DNA of 64,000 nt, taken from Polyangiales bacterium. Its GTDB lineage: Bacteria > Myxococcota_A > Polyangia > Polyangiales > Ga0077539. A program made the translations under genes and the position numbers. The stretch lies in contig JAWKRC010000007.1 in NCBI GenBank assembly GCA_041389825.1, positions 189,093 through 253,092 on the forward strand, in the 5' to 3' direction. This document shows positions 39,357 to 48,173 of the stretch, piece after piece (position 1 is the stretch's first letter; every line of letters begins with the position of its first letter). Below the pieces are notes generated by a model, which searched no databases, had not been told where the DNA came from, and saw only the letters and a list, made by a program, of their open reading frames with translations.

Positions 39357-39910
39357 TTGCGCCCCGTGCGAAGGTCCGCTCGCCCTCGTGGCAGGGGCAG
39401 TGCAGCACCCCCTGATCAGCCGCGGGACGACGGCGCACGACAGGTGGGTGCACGCCTGGCTGCGGTACGGCTCATCCTCGGAGAGGCCGGACCACTAGGC
39501 AGGGTCGTGCTCGGTGGGGTACCGAACATCCGGTCGCGCCGACGGGGAGCTCGGAGAGCGACGCGATCGGTGCGCGGGGGCGACGCGCGGCGGCGGCGCA
39601 CGAGCTCCTGCGCCGCGATCCAGCCCTGCCCCGCGACGAAGGCCCCGCTCGTCAGCACGAGGAAGCGCGCGAAGTCGCGCCGCGCGACGAACTGATCCTG
39701 CGCCCAGTCGATGGGGAAGTCCTTGCGCCACCGGGGCTGCTGCGCCCGCGGTCGCCCGTCGGGAGCGACGCTCAGCTCGTCGGGGTCGCGCGCCGACGCG
39801 TAGGGCCCGAACGACGCCGTCGACTCGTCGCTGTCGTACCCGTTGCCGAGCTCTGCGCCCGCGTCGACGGCGGGGTCTCCCTCTCCCAAGCGTCGCGAAT
39901 CAACCGCCAT
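39357..39910 (-). pseudogene. Rieske [2Fe-2S] protein gene with Tat-like anchor, fragmented by 4 or more frame changes and one in-frame TAG
   Basis: [20 protein letters not shown] in frame [35 protein letters not shown] and GVLHCPCHEGERTF sit in alternating frames. Both Rieske boxes (CTHLSC, CPCHEG) are present. Confidence 0.5.
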
Positions 39911-39913
39911 AGC

Positions 39914-40594
39914 TCACACCTCTACCTCGGCGAAGGGGTCGCTCTCCGCCGCCTGCGCCGGGGGGCTGCCCGTCGGCACCACGCGGAGCCGCACCGTGCG
40001 GGGCACGGCGCGCGCCTCCATCGACGCCGTCACGTCGACGTACGCTGGCGGGGCCTCGACCCGCGGCACCATCACGCTCACCTTCGTCTCGATGGTCTGC
40101 TGGCCGAAGCGGAACCGGTTGGTCGGCGTCGACTGCGGACGCAGGTCACGGATCTGCTCTCGCGTGCCGAAGAACAGCGCCTGGCTCGGGCAGACCGTCG
40201 CGCACATCGGCCGCTTGCCCACCGACGTGCGGTCGTAGCACATGTCGCATTTCATCATGAGCTGCTGCGGGGCGTAGAGCTCCGGCACGCCGAAGGGGCA
40301 CGCCATCACGCAGTTGCCGCACGCGATGCACCGCGGCTTGCGCGCGCTCTGCACCACGCCGTCGGGCGTGCGCTTGATCGCGTCGGCCGGGCAGACCTCG
40401 GCGCAGGTCGGCTGCGCGCAGTGCATGCACACCACCGGCACGGTCTGAACGCTGTGGGCGCGGTCGACGTACTCCAGGTGGATCATCGACTCGCCGCGGT
40501 GCGTGTCGCACTCGCTGCACGCCTGCACGCACGACTGACAGCCGATGCAGCGGGTCGGGTCGACGAAGAACTCCATGTGCGCGGGCACGGGCAT
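39914..40594 (-). CDS. 4x[4Fe-4S] ferredoxin-type electron-transfer subunit of a molybdoenzyme
   Basis: Four Cys clusters ([47 protein letters not shown]...CATVCP). No signal peptide. Confidence 0.85.
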   Translation of the reverse strand: MPVPAHMEFFVDPTRCIGCQSCVQACSECDTHRGESMIHLEYVDRAHSVQTVPVVCMHCAQPTCAEVCPADAIKRTPDGVVQSARKPRCIACGNCVMACPFGVPELYAPQQLMMKCDMCYDRTSVGKRPMCATVCPSQALFFGTREQIRDLRPQSTPTNRFRFGQQTIETKVSVMVPRVEAPPAYVDVTASMEARAVPRTVRLRVVPTGSPPAQAAESDPFAEVEV

Positions 40595-40613
40595 GGCGGG
40601 CGAGCTCCCTTCG

Positions 40614-42881
40614 TCACTGCTGGGGTTCGAGGCGGGCGGCGTACGCGGGCGGGCCGTCGGCCTTGCGGACACGGCACGCGCAGACCTTGTACTGTGGGAT
40701 CTTGCTGATCGGGTCCTGAGCGGCGACGGTGAGCCGGTTCGCGCTCTTGGGCCCGGCCCAGTGGTAAGGGATGAACACGGTGTCAGGTCGGATGGTGGTG
40801 ACGACCTGCGCCCGGAGGGTGATGTCGCCGCGGAGCGTCTCGCAGACGGTCCAGTCGCCGTCAGAGACGCCGAGCTTCTCGGCGAGGCGCGGGTGGAGTT
40901 CCAAGAGTGGCTCGGGGTACTGCTTCACCAGCGGGCCGATGCGGCGCGTCTGCGTGCCCGACAGGAACTGGCTCACCACGCGCCCCGTCGTGAGGAAGAT
41001 CGGGAACTCTTCGGAGACGTCGTCGACGGGGGCGCGGTACTCTGCGACGTTGAAGCGGGCCTTGCCGTCGGGGAAATAGAACCTCCCCGCGCCCTTCGCG
41101 ACGGGGTTGTAGCTCCCCGGCTCGAAGAGCCGCGGCGTACCCGGGTGATCGGGCGTCGGCGCGCCGGTCCGAGGATCTTCGGCGTAGCAGGGCCAGAACA
41201 CCCCCATCTGCCGCTCGATCTTCTCGTACGTGATGCCGGAGTAGTCCGCGACGCCGCCCTTGCTCGCGACGCGGAGCTCCTCGAAGATCTCGCGGGGGCT
41301 CTCGAAGGTGAACCCGTGGGGTCGGCCGAGGGCGCGCGCGAGGTCTTGCAGGATCACCCAATCGCGGCGCGCCTCGCCGGGGCAGTCGACGGCCTTGTTG
41401 ATCTTGATGACCCTGCCCTCGACCTGCGCGACGACGCCTTCGTCCTCCTCCTGGAGGCTCCCCGGGAGGACGAGGTCGGCGTGGCGCGCGGTGTCGTTGA
41501 GGAAGAAATCGATCGCCGTGTAGAACTCGAGCTTGTCGAGCGCTCGGGTCACGAACTCGTTGTCGGGCAGCGAGACCTTCGGGTTGAAGCAGATGCTGAT
41601 CAGCGCCTTGATCTCGCCGGCGTCGATCTTGCGAAAGAGCTCGTACGCGTCGACGCCCGGGCCCGGGATCTCACTCTCCTCGACGCCCCAGACCTCGGCG
41701 ATGTACCGTCGGTGCTCGGGGTTGGAGATGTCGCGCAGCCCCGGGAGCTGGTCGCACTTCTGCCCGTGCTCGCGCCCGCCCTGGCCGTTGGCCTGCCCCA
41801 CGATGGTGCCGTAGCCGCTGTGGGGCCTCCCGATGCGCCCCGAGGCCAGCACCAGGTTGATCGCGCCGAGCGCGTTCTGCACGCCGTTGGAGTGATGCTC
41901 GATCCCCCGCGCATGGAGGATGAAGCTGGACCTCGCGCCGCCCCAGAGCTCCGCGGCGCGGCGGATCGATCGCTCGGGCACGCCCGTCACCTCGGCGGTG
42001 CGAGCGGGCGACCACGCGCGGCAGTACTCCTCGACCGCGTCGAAGCCCACGGTGTGGTCGTCGATGAACTCTCGGTCGATCGCGCCCTGCTCGATCATCA
42101 GGTGCAGCACGCCCGCGAAGAGGGCGGCGTCGCGGCCGGGGCGCACCGGTAGGTAGAGGTCGCAGGTGCGCGCGATCGGCGTGATCCGCGGGTCTTGCAC
42201 GATCACCTTCGCGCCGCGCTCCCGGGCCTGCCAGACGTAGTTCGTGGTGATCGGGGAGCACTCGGCGACGTTCGAGCCGGCGATCCAGAGGACCTCGGTG
42301 CCGATCATGTCGGCCCACGGGCTGGTCACGCGGTCGATGCCGAAGGCCTTCTTGTTCGCGGCCCCGGCGCTCACCATACAGAGCCGACCGTTGTAGTCGA
42401 TGAAGGGGGTCTTCAAGCAGACCCGCGCGAACTTGCCGAGGAGGTAGGTCTTCTCGGTGGTGAGACTCGCCCCACCGAGCACGGCCACCGAGGCGGGACC
42501 GTGAGCATCCTGCACGCGGCGGATCTCACTCGCCGCGTACGCGATCGCGCCGTCGTAGGCCATCGGGCTGAAGCCTGACTGCGCCGACGGGTCTCGTCGG
42601 ATCGCGGTGAGAAGCCGGTCGGGGTGCGACCCCTGGAGGTAACGCTTGACCCCCTTCGGGCAGAGCATCCCGCGGTTGAAGGGGAACTCCTCCCAAGGCT
42701 CGAAGCCGATGACCTCGTTGTCGCGCACCTTGAGCTGGATGCCGCACTGCTGCCCGCAGAAGCAGCAGTGGGTCTTCACCAGCTTGTCGGGCTCGTCTCC
42801 GGCCCGCCCGCGGACGGAGGGCGACAGGTGAGGGCCGTACCTTCTCGTGATCTCTAGGTCATCGACGGGGATCGTCGCCAT
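40614..42881 (-). CDS. bis-MGD molybdopterin oxidoreductase catalytic subunit, NarB/NasA-like (assimilatory-type nitrate reductase family). No Tat signal
   Basis: N-terminal 4Fe-4S motif [10 protein letters not shown]...LCPKG. MopB core and C-terminal molybdopterin dinucleotide-binding domain. ATG overlaps upstream stop. Confidence 0.9.
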   Translation of the reverse strand: MATIPVDDLEITRRYGPHLSPSVRGRAGDEPDKLVKTHCCFCGQQCGIQLKVRDNEVIGFEPWEEFPFNRGMLCPKGVKRYLQGSHPDRLLTAIRRDPSAQSGFSPMAYDGAIAYAASEIRRVQDAHGPASVAVLGGASLTTEKTYLLGKFARVCLKTPFIDYNGRLCMVSAGAANKKAFGIDRVTSPWADMIGTEVLWIAGSNVAECSPITTNYVWQARERGAKVIVQDPRITPIARTCDLYLPVRPGRDAALFAGVLHLMIEQGAIDREFIDDHTVGFDAVEEYCRAWSPARTAEVTGVPERSIRRAAELWGGARSSFILHARGIEHHSNGVQNALGAINLVLASGRIGRPHSGYGTIVGQANGQGGREHGQKCDQLPGLRDISNPEHRRYIAEVWGVEESEIPGPGVDAYELFRKIDAGEIKALISICFNPKVSLPDNEFVTRALDKLEFYTAIDFFLNDTARHADLVLPGSLQEEDEGVVAQVEGRVIKINKAVDCPGEARRDWVILQDLARALGRPHGFTFESPREIFEELRVASKGGVADYSGITYEKIERQMGVFWPCYAEDPRTGAPTPDHPGTPRLFEPGSYNPVAKGAGRFYFPDGKARFNVAEYRAPVDDVSEEFPIFLTTGRVVSQFLSGTQTRRIGPLVKQYPEPLLELHPRLAEKLGVSDGDWTVCETLRGDITLRAQVVTTIRPDTVFIPYHWAGPKSANRLTVAAQDPISKIPQYKVCACRVRKADGPPAYAARLEPQQ

Positions 42882-42885
42882 CGCC

Positions 42886-43971
42886 TCACTCCGCCTCGGC
42901 GCCGCGCGCCGCGTCTGTGTCGTTGCCGCGCGGCGCGCGCCAGAGAGCGCCCTGCGCGAGGCCGAAGAGCGCCCGGCGGCAGCGCGGGCACACCGACTGG
43001 TAGTGCGCCTCGCCCGCGGGGTCGAGCTCGTAGCGGAACCCGAGGTCGCGCTCGACGCTCGCGAGGTCGCGCACCATCGCCGCCGAGGCGAAGGGCGCGC
43101 CGCAGCGGCGGCACTCGGCCTGCGCGCCAAGCGCGCCAGCGTCCTTGTAGAACGCGACGCCGAGCTGCGCCGGGCGCTGGAAGATATGAAAGAACTTCCC
43201 GAAGGGGAGCCAGAGCAGGGTTACGATGACCGTCACGGCGTGGAGGATCGCCAGGAAGGGGTACGCGTAGCCCTTCATCCACGTGTAGCTGACGGTGAGC
43301 ATCAAGCCCGTGACGGAGATCGCCAGGAGCAGCACGAGGGGCAGGACGTCTTCACCGAACTGCTGCGTCGCGGCGGCGCCCCGGTCGATGAGCCGACGGC
43401 GGAACGCGAGCATCACGCCCGCGACCACGAGGAACGACGCCCAGACGAGGCCGTGAAAGACGATGAAGGCGAGGAGAGAGCTCACCTCGAACTCGCCCGC
43501 GGCGAAGCCGAAGACGTAGGCGCGGTAGGTCTCGATCGCACCGGGCGCGGTCTCGAAATGCACCCACCCCCACACGAGCGGGAAGGTGATCGCCGCGGCG
43601 AGGATGCAGCCCCACATGATGGCCCAGTGCGCCGCGCCGCGGAGCGCGCCGCGGCGGAAGATGAACCGGTTGGCCGCGACCTCGACGACCGCGCGCCGAG
43701 CGAGCTGCCCGAGGTTGGCCGCGAGGCGGCCCGGGGCGAAGAAGGCCCGCCACCCGCGGCGCCAATACATCCGCGTCGGGGGGCGGGCGAGCCACACGGT
43801 GTAGCGGTAGGTGATGCCGAAGGCGGCGAAGAGCGTCGCGAAGGTGTATCCGACGAGCGCCGCGTCGAAGTGCGCGAGGTTGCGCGAACCGACGACGATC
43901 GCGGCCACGAGCGCGGCGGTGACGACGCTCGCCCATGCGACCGCGCGAGCGCGGGGGGACGGTCGATCCAT
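42886..43971 (-). CDS. NarI-like dihaem cytochrome b membrane subunit with C-terminal Cys4 zinc-ribbon extension
   Basis: Five TM helices. RY..W...P motif ([14 protein letters not shown]) like NarI. Tail CRRCGAPF...CPRCRR. The N-terminal 226 residues of the 587-aa ORF are antisense filler. Confidence 0.55.
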   Translation of the reverse strand: MDRPSPRARAVAWASVVTAALVAAIVVGSRNLAHFDAALVGYTFATLFAAFGITYRYTVWLARPPTRMYWRRGWRAFFAPGRLAANLGQLARRAVVEVAANRFIFRRGALRGAAHWAIMWGCILAAAITFPLVWGWVHFETAPGAIETYRAYVFGFAAGEFEVSSLLAFIVFHGLVWASFLVVAGVMLAFRRRLIDRGAAATQQFGEDVLPLVLLLAISVTGLMLTVSYTWMKGYAYPFLAILHAVTVIVTLLWLPFGKFFHIFQRPAQLGVAFYKDAGALGAQAECRRCGAPFASAAMVRDLASVERDLGFRYELDPAGEAHYQSVCPRCRRALFGLAQGALWRAPRGNDTDAARGAEAE

Positions 43972-44061
43972 GACCGCCTGACCATAGACACGGCGCGGAC
44001 TTATCGCGAGAGGAGAACGAGAGGGGTCGACGCGAACGCGGCGCGTGTACACTCCCGCGGG

Positions 44062-44541
44062 ATGTACAAGCGCTTCGCGTTCGAGGGGGATGTCCATGCG
44101 TCGTTGGAGTGCGTGCCGCTCACGGTGCGTCGAAAGCTGGACCTGGCGGGCTTGAAGATCTCGCTCGTCGGGTGGCAGACACTGACCCGCGCCGAGCGCC
44201 TCGCGCTCTGCCACCTCCCGGTCGACGAGGACGACGAGGTCGAGGTCTACCGGGAGGTGTATCGGTCCTTCGCGGACCGGGCGGGCGTGCCGTTGAAGCC
44301 CCTGCCCGACGCGGGGATGTCGACGCGGCCCTGGCTCGCGGCCGCGCCGCCCGAGGCGGTGCGAGCGCGGGTCGCGCTGCTCGGGTGCGAGGTCGACCTC
44401 GACCGCTGGCCCGCCCTCGACGAGGAGTCCCGCTACGCGCTCCTCAAGCTCTCTGACCCGAAGAAGGACGTCTGGAAGCTCCGCGCGGCGCTCGGTGAGC
44501 TCGGGATGCTCCCGGGCGACGGCGTGCGCGCCGATGCGTGA
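44062..44541 (+). CDS. Nitrate-reductase-associated protein (NarM-like, inferred)
   Basis: [41 protein letters not shown] pattern and position (divergent from the reductase, overlapping mobA start). Confidence 0.5.
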   Translation: MYKRFAFEGDVHASLECVPLTVRRKLDLAGLKISLVGWQTLTRAERLALCHLPVDEDDEVEVYREVYRSFADRAGVPLKPLPDAGMSTRPWLAAAPPEAVRARVALLGCEVDLDRWPALDEESRYALLKLSDPKKDVWKLRAALGELGMLPGDGVRADA

Positions 44542-45164
44542 CGGGGTGGGCCCGCGCCGCGGCGAGGCCCTGCTGCTCGGGGTCTTCGTCGGCGGAGCGT
44601 CGCGGCGGATGGGCGGGCTCCCGAAGGGCTTGCTCGCCGCGCCCGACACGGGCGAGCCGCTGGTGAGCCGACTGCTGCGCGTGGGCCGAGAGGCGGGCTG
44701 CGAGCCGGTGATCGTCGGTCGCCGCGCGGAGTACGCCGCGGTGGCCGCTGGGGTCCCGGTGCTCGACGACGACCCGGCAGAGGTCGGCCCTCTCGGCGGC
44801 CTCCGCGCGCTCCTCGGGTACGCCGGCGACAGGCTGGCCGTCGCCGTCGCGTGCGATATGCCCTTCGTCTCGGCGGGGGCATTGCGGAGGCTGGCGTCGA
44901 CGCCCTCGTGCGCGGCCGTCGTCGCGCCGCGCAGGGGCCCCGGGGCGCCCTACGAGCCCTTCTTCGCGCGCTACGACCCGCCGCGGGTCCTGCCCGCGCT
45001 CGACGCCGTGCTCCGCGGGGGGGGGGCGCTCGCTCCAGGGGCTGCTCTCGCGCTGCGAGGTCGAGGCGCTCTCGCTCGACCTCGAGTCCTCCGCCGCGCT
45101 GACCGACTGGGACACGCCCGACGACGCGCGCGCCGAGGCGGCGGCGCTCACGCCTCGCGGGTGA
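44534..45164 (+). CDS. mobA: Molybdenum cofactor guanylyltransferase MobA; frameshift inside a G9 homopolymer near 45018-45026
   Basis: [34 protein letters not shown]. After the G-run the conserved C-terminus [18 protein letters not shown]...DWDTPDD is in the other frame. Confidence 0.8.
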
Positions 45165-45729
45165 AGCTCGACGCCGGGCGCCGCGCGCTCATCTCGTCGA
45201 CCACCCGCGCGAGCTCCTCGGGCGCCACCCAGCGGCGCAGCGCGGGGAACACCACCTCCTCTTCGAGCGTGAGGTGTACGCCCCAGATCAGGTCGAGCGT
45301 CGCGACGTCGTCAGCCATCCGAGGCGCCAACGCGGGGAGGCGCGTCGGGTCGAAGCTCAGCGATCTCCAGTCTGCGGCGAGCGCCTCGATCAGCCGGTCG
45401 ATAGCCTCGTGCTGCTCGGCGATGGTCGCGACGGCGTCGCGCACCTCGAGCGGCGCCGACGACGCCCTCAACCGCGGACCCACCGAGCTGTCTTCGTCCG
45501 CTGCGTGCAGGGGCATCGCCACGGTGAAATACCGCCGCAGCGCGGTCGCCGCGGACGCCACGTCGGCGGGGGGCGCGTCGAGGGCGCGGGCCAGGCGCGC
45601 CGCCGTCGCCGTGAACGCGCGGATCCGCGCGTGGCAGTCCATCAACAGGTCGACCGCGTCGCGCGCGGGCGCGGCGGTGGTCGGGCGGGCTCTGAGCGTG
45701 TGCAGCATCGACGTCGTGCCTCCGGTCAT
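45148..45729 (-). CDS. Hemerythrin-like (HHE cation-binding) protein
   Basis: DLLMDCHARIR...H...EDSS...EQHEAI...HLTLEEEVVFP His/Glu pattern. Confidence 0.7.
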   Translation of the reverse strand: MTGGTTSMLHTLRARPTTAAPARDAVDLLMDCHARIRAFTATAARLARALDAPPADVASAATALRRYFTVAMPLHAADEDSSVGPRLRASSAPLEVRDAVATIAEQHEAIDRLIEALAADWRSLSFDPTRLPALAPRMADDVATLDLIWGVHLTLEEEVVFPALRRWVAPEELARVVDEMSARRPASSFTREA

Positions 45730-45859
45730 GTTGACCGGTGGGATAGGGCCGACGCGCTGAGGCCGCCTTGAGATTTGTCATGGCCGCCGCCCCGCGCCGC
45801 CCCACGCTCCGGGGAGAGGCCCCTACGCCATGGAACAGCCCCCACACGCGACCGCGCCC

Positions 45860-46570
45860 TCACTCGCCGCGGGTGACCTCCCGCAGTCGGTCGGGGTGGC
45901 GGAGCTCGAAGCCGTCCGCGGTGGTGTCGACCACGCCCTCCCGCCTCCATCGGCTCATCGCCCGGCTGGTGGTCTCGGTGGTGGCTCCGACGAGGCGAGC
46001 GAGTTCATGGCGCGACAGGCGCACGGGCACCACCGCGGAGCCGTCGTCGCGCTCGTCGCCGAAGCGCTCGGTCAGAACGAGGAGCAGCGTCGCGAGGCGC
46101 TGCTCGACCGACCCGGCGCTCATCACCGCGATCTTCTCCTGGAGCGCGCGGGTGTGGTCGAGCAACGCGCGGTTCATCGCCGCCGCGGTGCGCGGGCGGC
46201 GGGGCATCGCTCGGAGCACAGGCGAAGCGTCGACGTAGAGGGCCACGACCACGTCGCTCGCCGCGACGGCGTCGGCGGGGTACGGCGAGGCGCCGAGCAC
46301 GGCGGCGGCGCCGACGCTCTCGCGAGGGCCGAAGAGGCCGACGATGGCCTCTCCGCCGTCGGGCGTGTGTCGCACGACCTTCACCAGCCCCGACCGGATC
46401 AGGGTGAAGCGCGAGGCGACCTCGCCCGCGCGCCAGAGTGGCTCGCCGACTCGCAGCTCGCGGGCGTGCGCGCTCGCCGCGAGCTCGATCACCACATCGT
46501 CATCGACGTCGGAGAAGAGCCGCGAGGCCCGGAGCAGACGCTCGACGCGGGTCTGGGACGACGGCCTCAC
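45860..46570 (-). CDS. Crp/Fnr-family transcriptional regulator
   Basis: cNMP-binding fold (LFSDVDDDVVIELAASA...RSGLVKVV). C-terminal HTH RLSRHELARLVGATTETTSRAMSRWRREGV. GTG start at 46570 chosen. Confidence 0.75.
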   Translation of the reverse strand: MRPSSQTRVERLLRASRLFSDVDDDVVIELAASAHARELRVGEPLWRAGEVASRFTLIRSGLVKVVRHTPDGGEAIVGLFGPRESVGAAAVLGASPYPADAVAASDVVVALYVDASPVLRAMPRRPRTAAAMNRALLDHTRALQEKIAVMSAGSVEQRLATLLLVLTERFGDERDDGSAVVPVRLSRHELARLVGATTETTSRAMSRWRREGVVDTTADGFELRHPDRLREVTRGE

Positions 46571-46650
46571 GGGCGGGGGGTCATAGCGTGACCGGGCGCG
46601 GGTATCCAGCGCCGCAGCGTGGCGTGAAGCCACAGGAGAGGAGCGAAGAC

Positions 46651-46989
46651 ATGACGCGAGAGGCAGAGGAAGCAGCGGTTCCGTCAAAGGCAGCGTTCGG
46701 CAAGAGCGTCGTCGCCGAGCGAGAGGGGCTGAAGGTCGTGAGGTTGACGGTGAGCGTCGGCGGCGCGGTGCCCGAGCACCACGCCAACGTCGACGTCGTG
46801 GCCGTGGTCACCCGCGGCCGGGGGTTCTTCACCGTCGAGGGCGTCGAGCGGGCGATCTCGGCGGGCTCGGTGGTCGAGATGCGGCCGCGGGTTCGCCACT
46901 CGCTCCGCGCTGACGGCGAGGAGCTCGAGCTGGTGGTCGTGCACGCGAGGCTCGCGTCCGACGGCGCCTCGACGCAGTGCGGAGCGTGA
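46651..46989 (+). CDS. Cupin-domain protein
   Basis: ggagaggag RBS. Cupin_2-like GAVPEHHANVDVVAVVTRGRGFFTVEG. Confidence 0.6.
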   Translation: MTREAEEAAVPSKAAFGKSVVAEREGLKVVRLTVSVGGAVPEHHANVDVVAVVTRGRGFFTVEGVERAISAGSVVEMRPRVRHSLRADGEELELVVVHARLASDGASTQCGA

Positions 46990-47055
46990 CCGTGCGGCCG
47001 CGAGGTGAAGAGCCGCCCGGGGGCCCGCCGACGCGTGGGCGTGATCGAGCGGTTC

Positions 47056-47498
47056 ATGACGGCCGACCACGTCAGGCTCGATCGGCTCCTCGATAGCGCC
47101 TGCGCCTCGGCGGGCGCGGTCGATCCGCGCTCTTCGCGGAGTTTCGTGAGGGGCTGCTGCGCCCGCATCGCGATGGAGGAGAAGGTGCTCCTGCCCTACG
47201 CGCGGGAGCGCCGCGGGGCGAACCGTCCCCTGGCGCGCGCGATGCGCCGCGACCACGGCGAGATCGCGGCCCTGCTGGTGCCGTCACCGACGCCCGCGGG
47301 GTGCGACCGGCTGCGCGAGGCGCTCGCGCGGCACAACCCCTCGAAGAAGGTCCCGAGGGCCTCTACGCGACCTGCGATGACCTCGCGGGCGCCGAGGGTG
47401 AGTCGCTCGTCGAGCGCCTGCGGTCACAGCCGCGGGTGCCCGTCGCGCCGCACTACGACGGTCCGCTCCTGCGACCGCGCGGAGCGGGCGGGGCGTAG
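47056..47498 (+). CDS. Second hemerythrin-like protein; apparent frameshift near 47345
   Basis: MTADHVRLDRLLD...IAMEEKVLLPYAR...RRDHGEIAALL. Tail LEEGPEGLYATCDDLAGAEGESLVERL lies in the next frame. Confidence 0.4.
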
Positions 47499-47578
47499 CG
47501 CTCCCTCCGACTTGTTCTCGCCGGGCGCCTTCTCCGCGGCGGGCGGAGCGTTCGTCGGGCCTCGTCGCGGGGGCGCCC

Positions 47579-48097
47579 CTACCGCCGCCGCTCGCGGTCG
47601 GGCGCGACGCCCACGATGCACTCGCCGTTCACCACCGTCGCCGCCTCGTACTTGCTCGGGCACTTCGCGACGATCTCGTCGGCGGCCATCACCCCGTTCG
47701 CCCCCAGCACCCCGCGCACGGTCACCCCCGCGCAATCACGGAACGTGTCCGGCACCACGCCCGAGTAGGTCACCGGAAGCTCTGCCCGGTTGCGGTACAC
47801 CCTGAAGCGGAAGTTGCGCGTCCCCGGCTGGTGCTCGATGGACCCGGGCCGCACCAGGCCCTCGACCCGCAGCACCCGGCCCACCCAGCGCGGCTGCTCC
47901 GTCGGGGTCATCAGCTCGTCGACGTACTTCGAGTACACGAAGGCCGACCCGCGCACCGTGCTCGCGATCACCGCGATCAGCCCCAGCAACATCGCCAGGG
48001 CCACCCAGCGGGCGTAGCCCCGCTTGCGCGGAGGGCGCGCCGCGGGCTCTCGGTACGGGTGCGTCGCGGCTTCGTCAGGGCTCTCTGCGGTCGACAT
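47579..48097 (-). CDS. ccmE: Cytochrome c maturation haem chaperone CcmE, CxxxY variant
   Basis: N-terminal TM anchor, OB-fold (LRVEGLVRPGS...VTYSGVVPDTF). Haem-binding region VAKCPSKYE has Cys where His is usual. Confidence 0.85.
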   Translation of the reverse strand: MSTAESPDEAATHPYREPAARPPRKRGYARWVALAMLLGLIAVIASTVRGSAFVYSKYVDELMTPTEQPRWVGRVLRVEGLVRPGSIEHQPGTRNFRFRVYRNRAELPVTYSGVVPDTFRDCAGVTVRGVLGANGVMAADEIVAKCPSKYEAATVVNGECIVGVAPDRERRR

Positions 48098-48173
48098 CGC
48101 GGACGGCGCGGACACTAGTGCGGGCCCCCGTGGGTGTCCACCGCGGCGGCGGTCTGGCACCATCCCCGCTCCC

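Noticed and set aside
42886-44649. 587-aa membrane protein
   Set aside because: The N-terminal 226 residues are antisense to the NarM-like gene and low complexity. The hydrophobic NarI-like protein begins at MDRPSP (43971).
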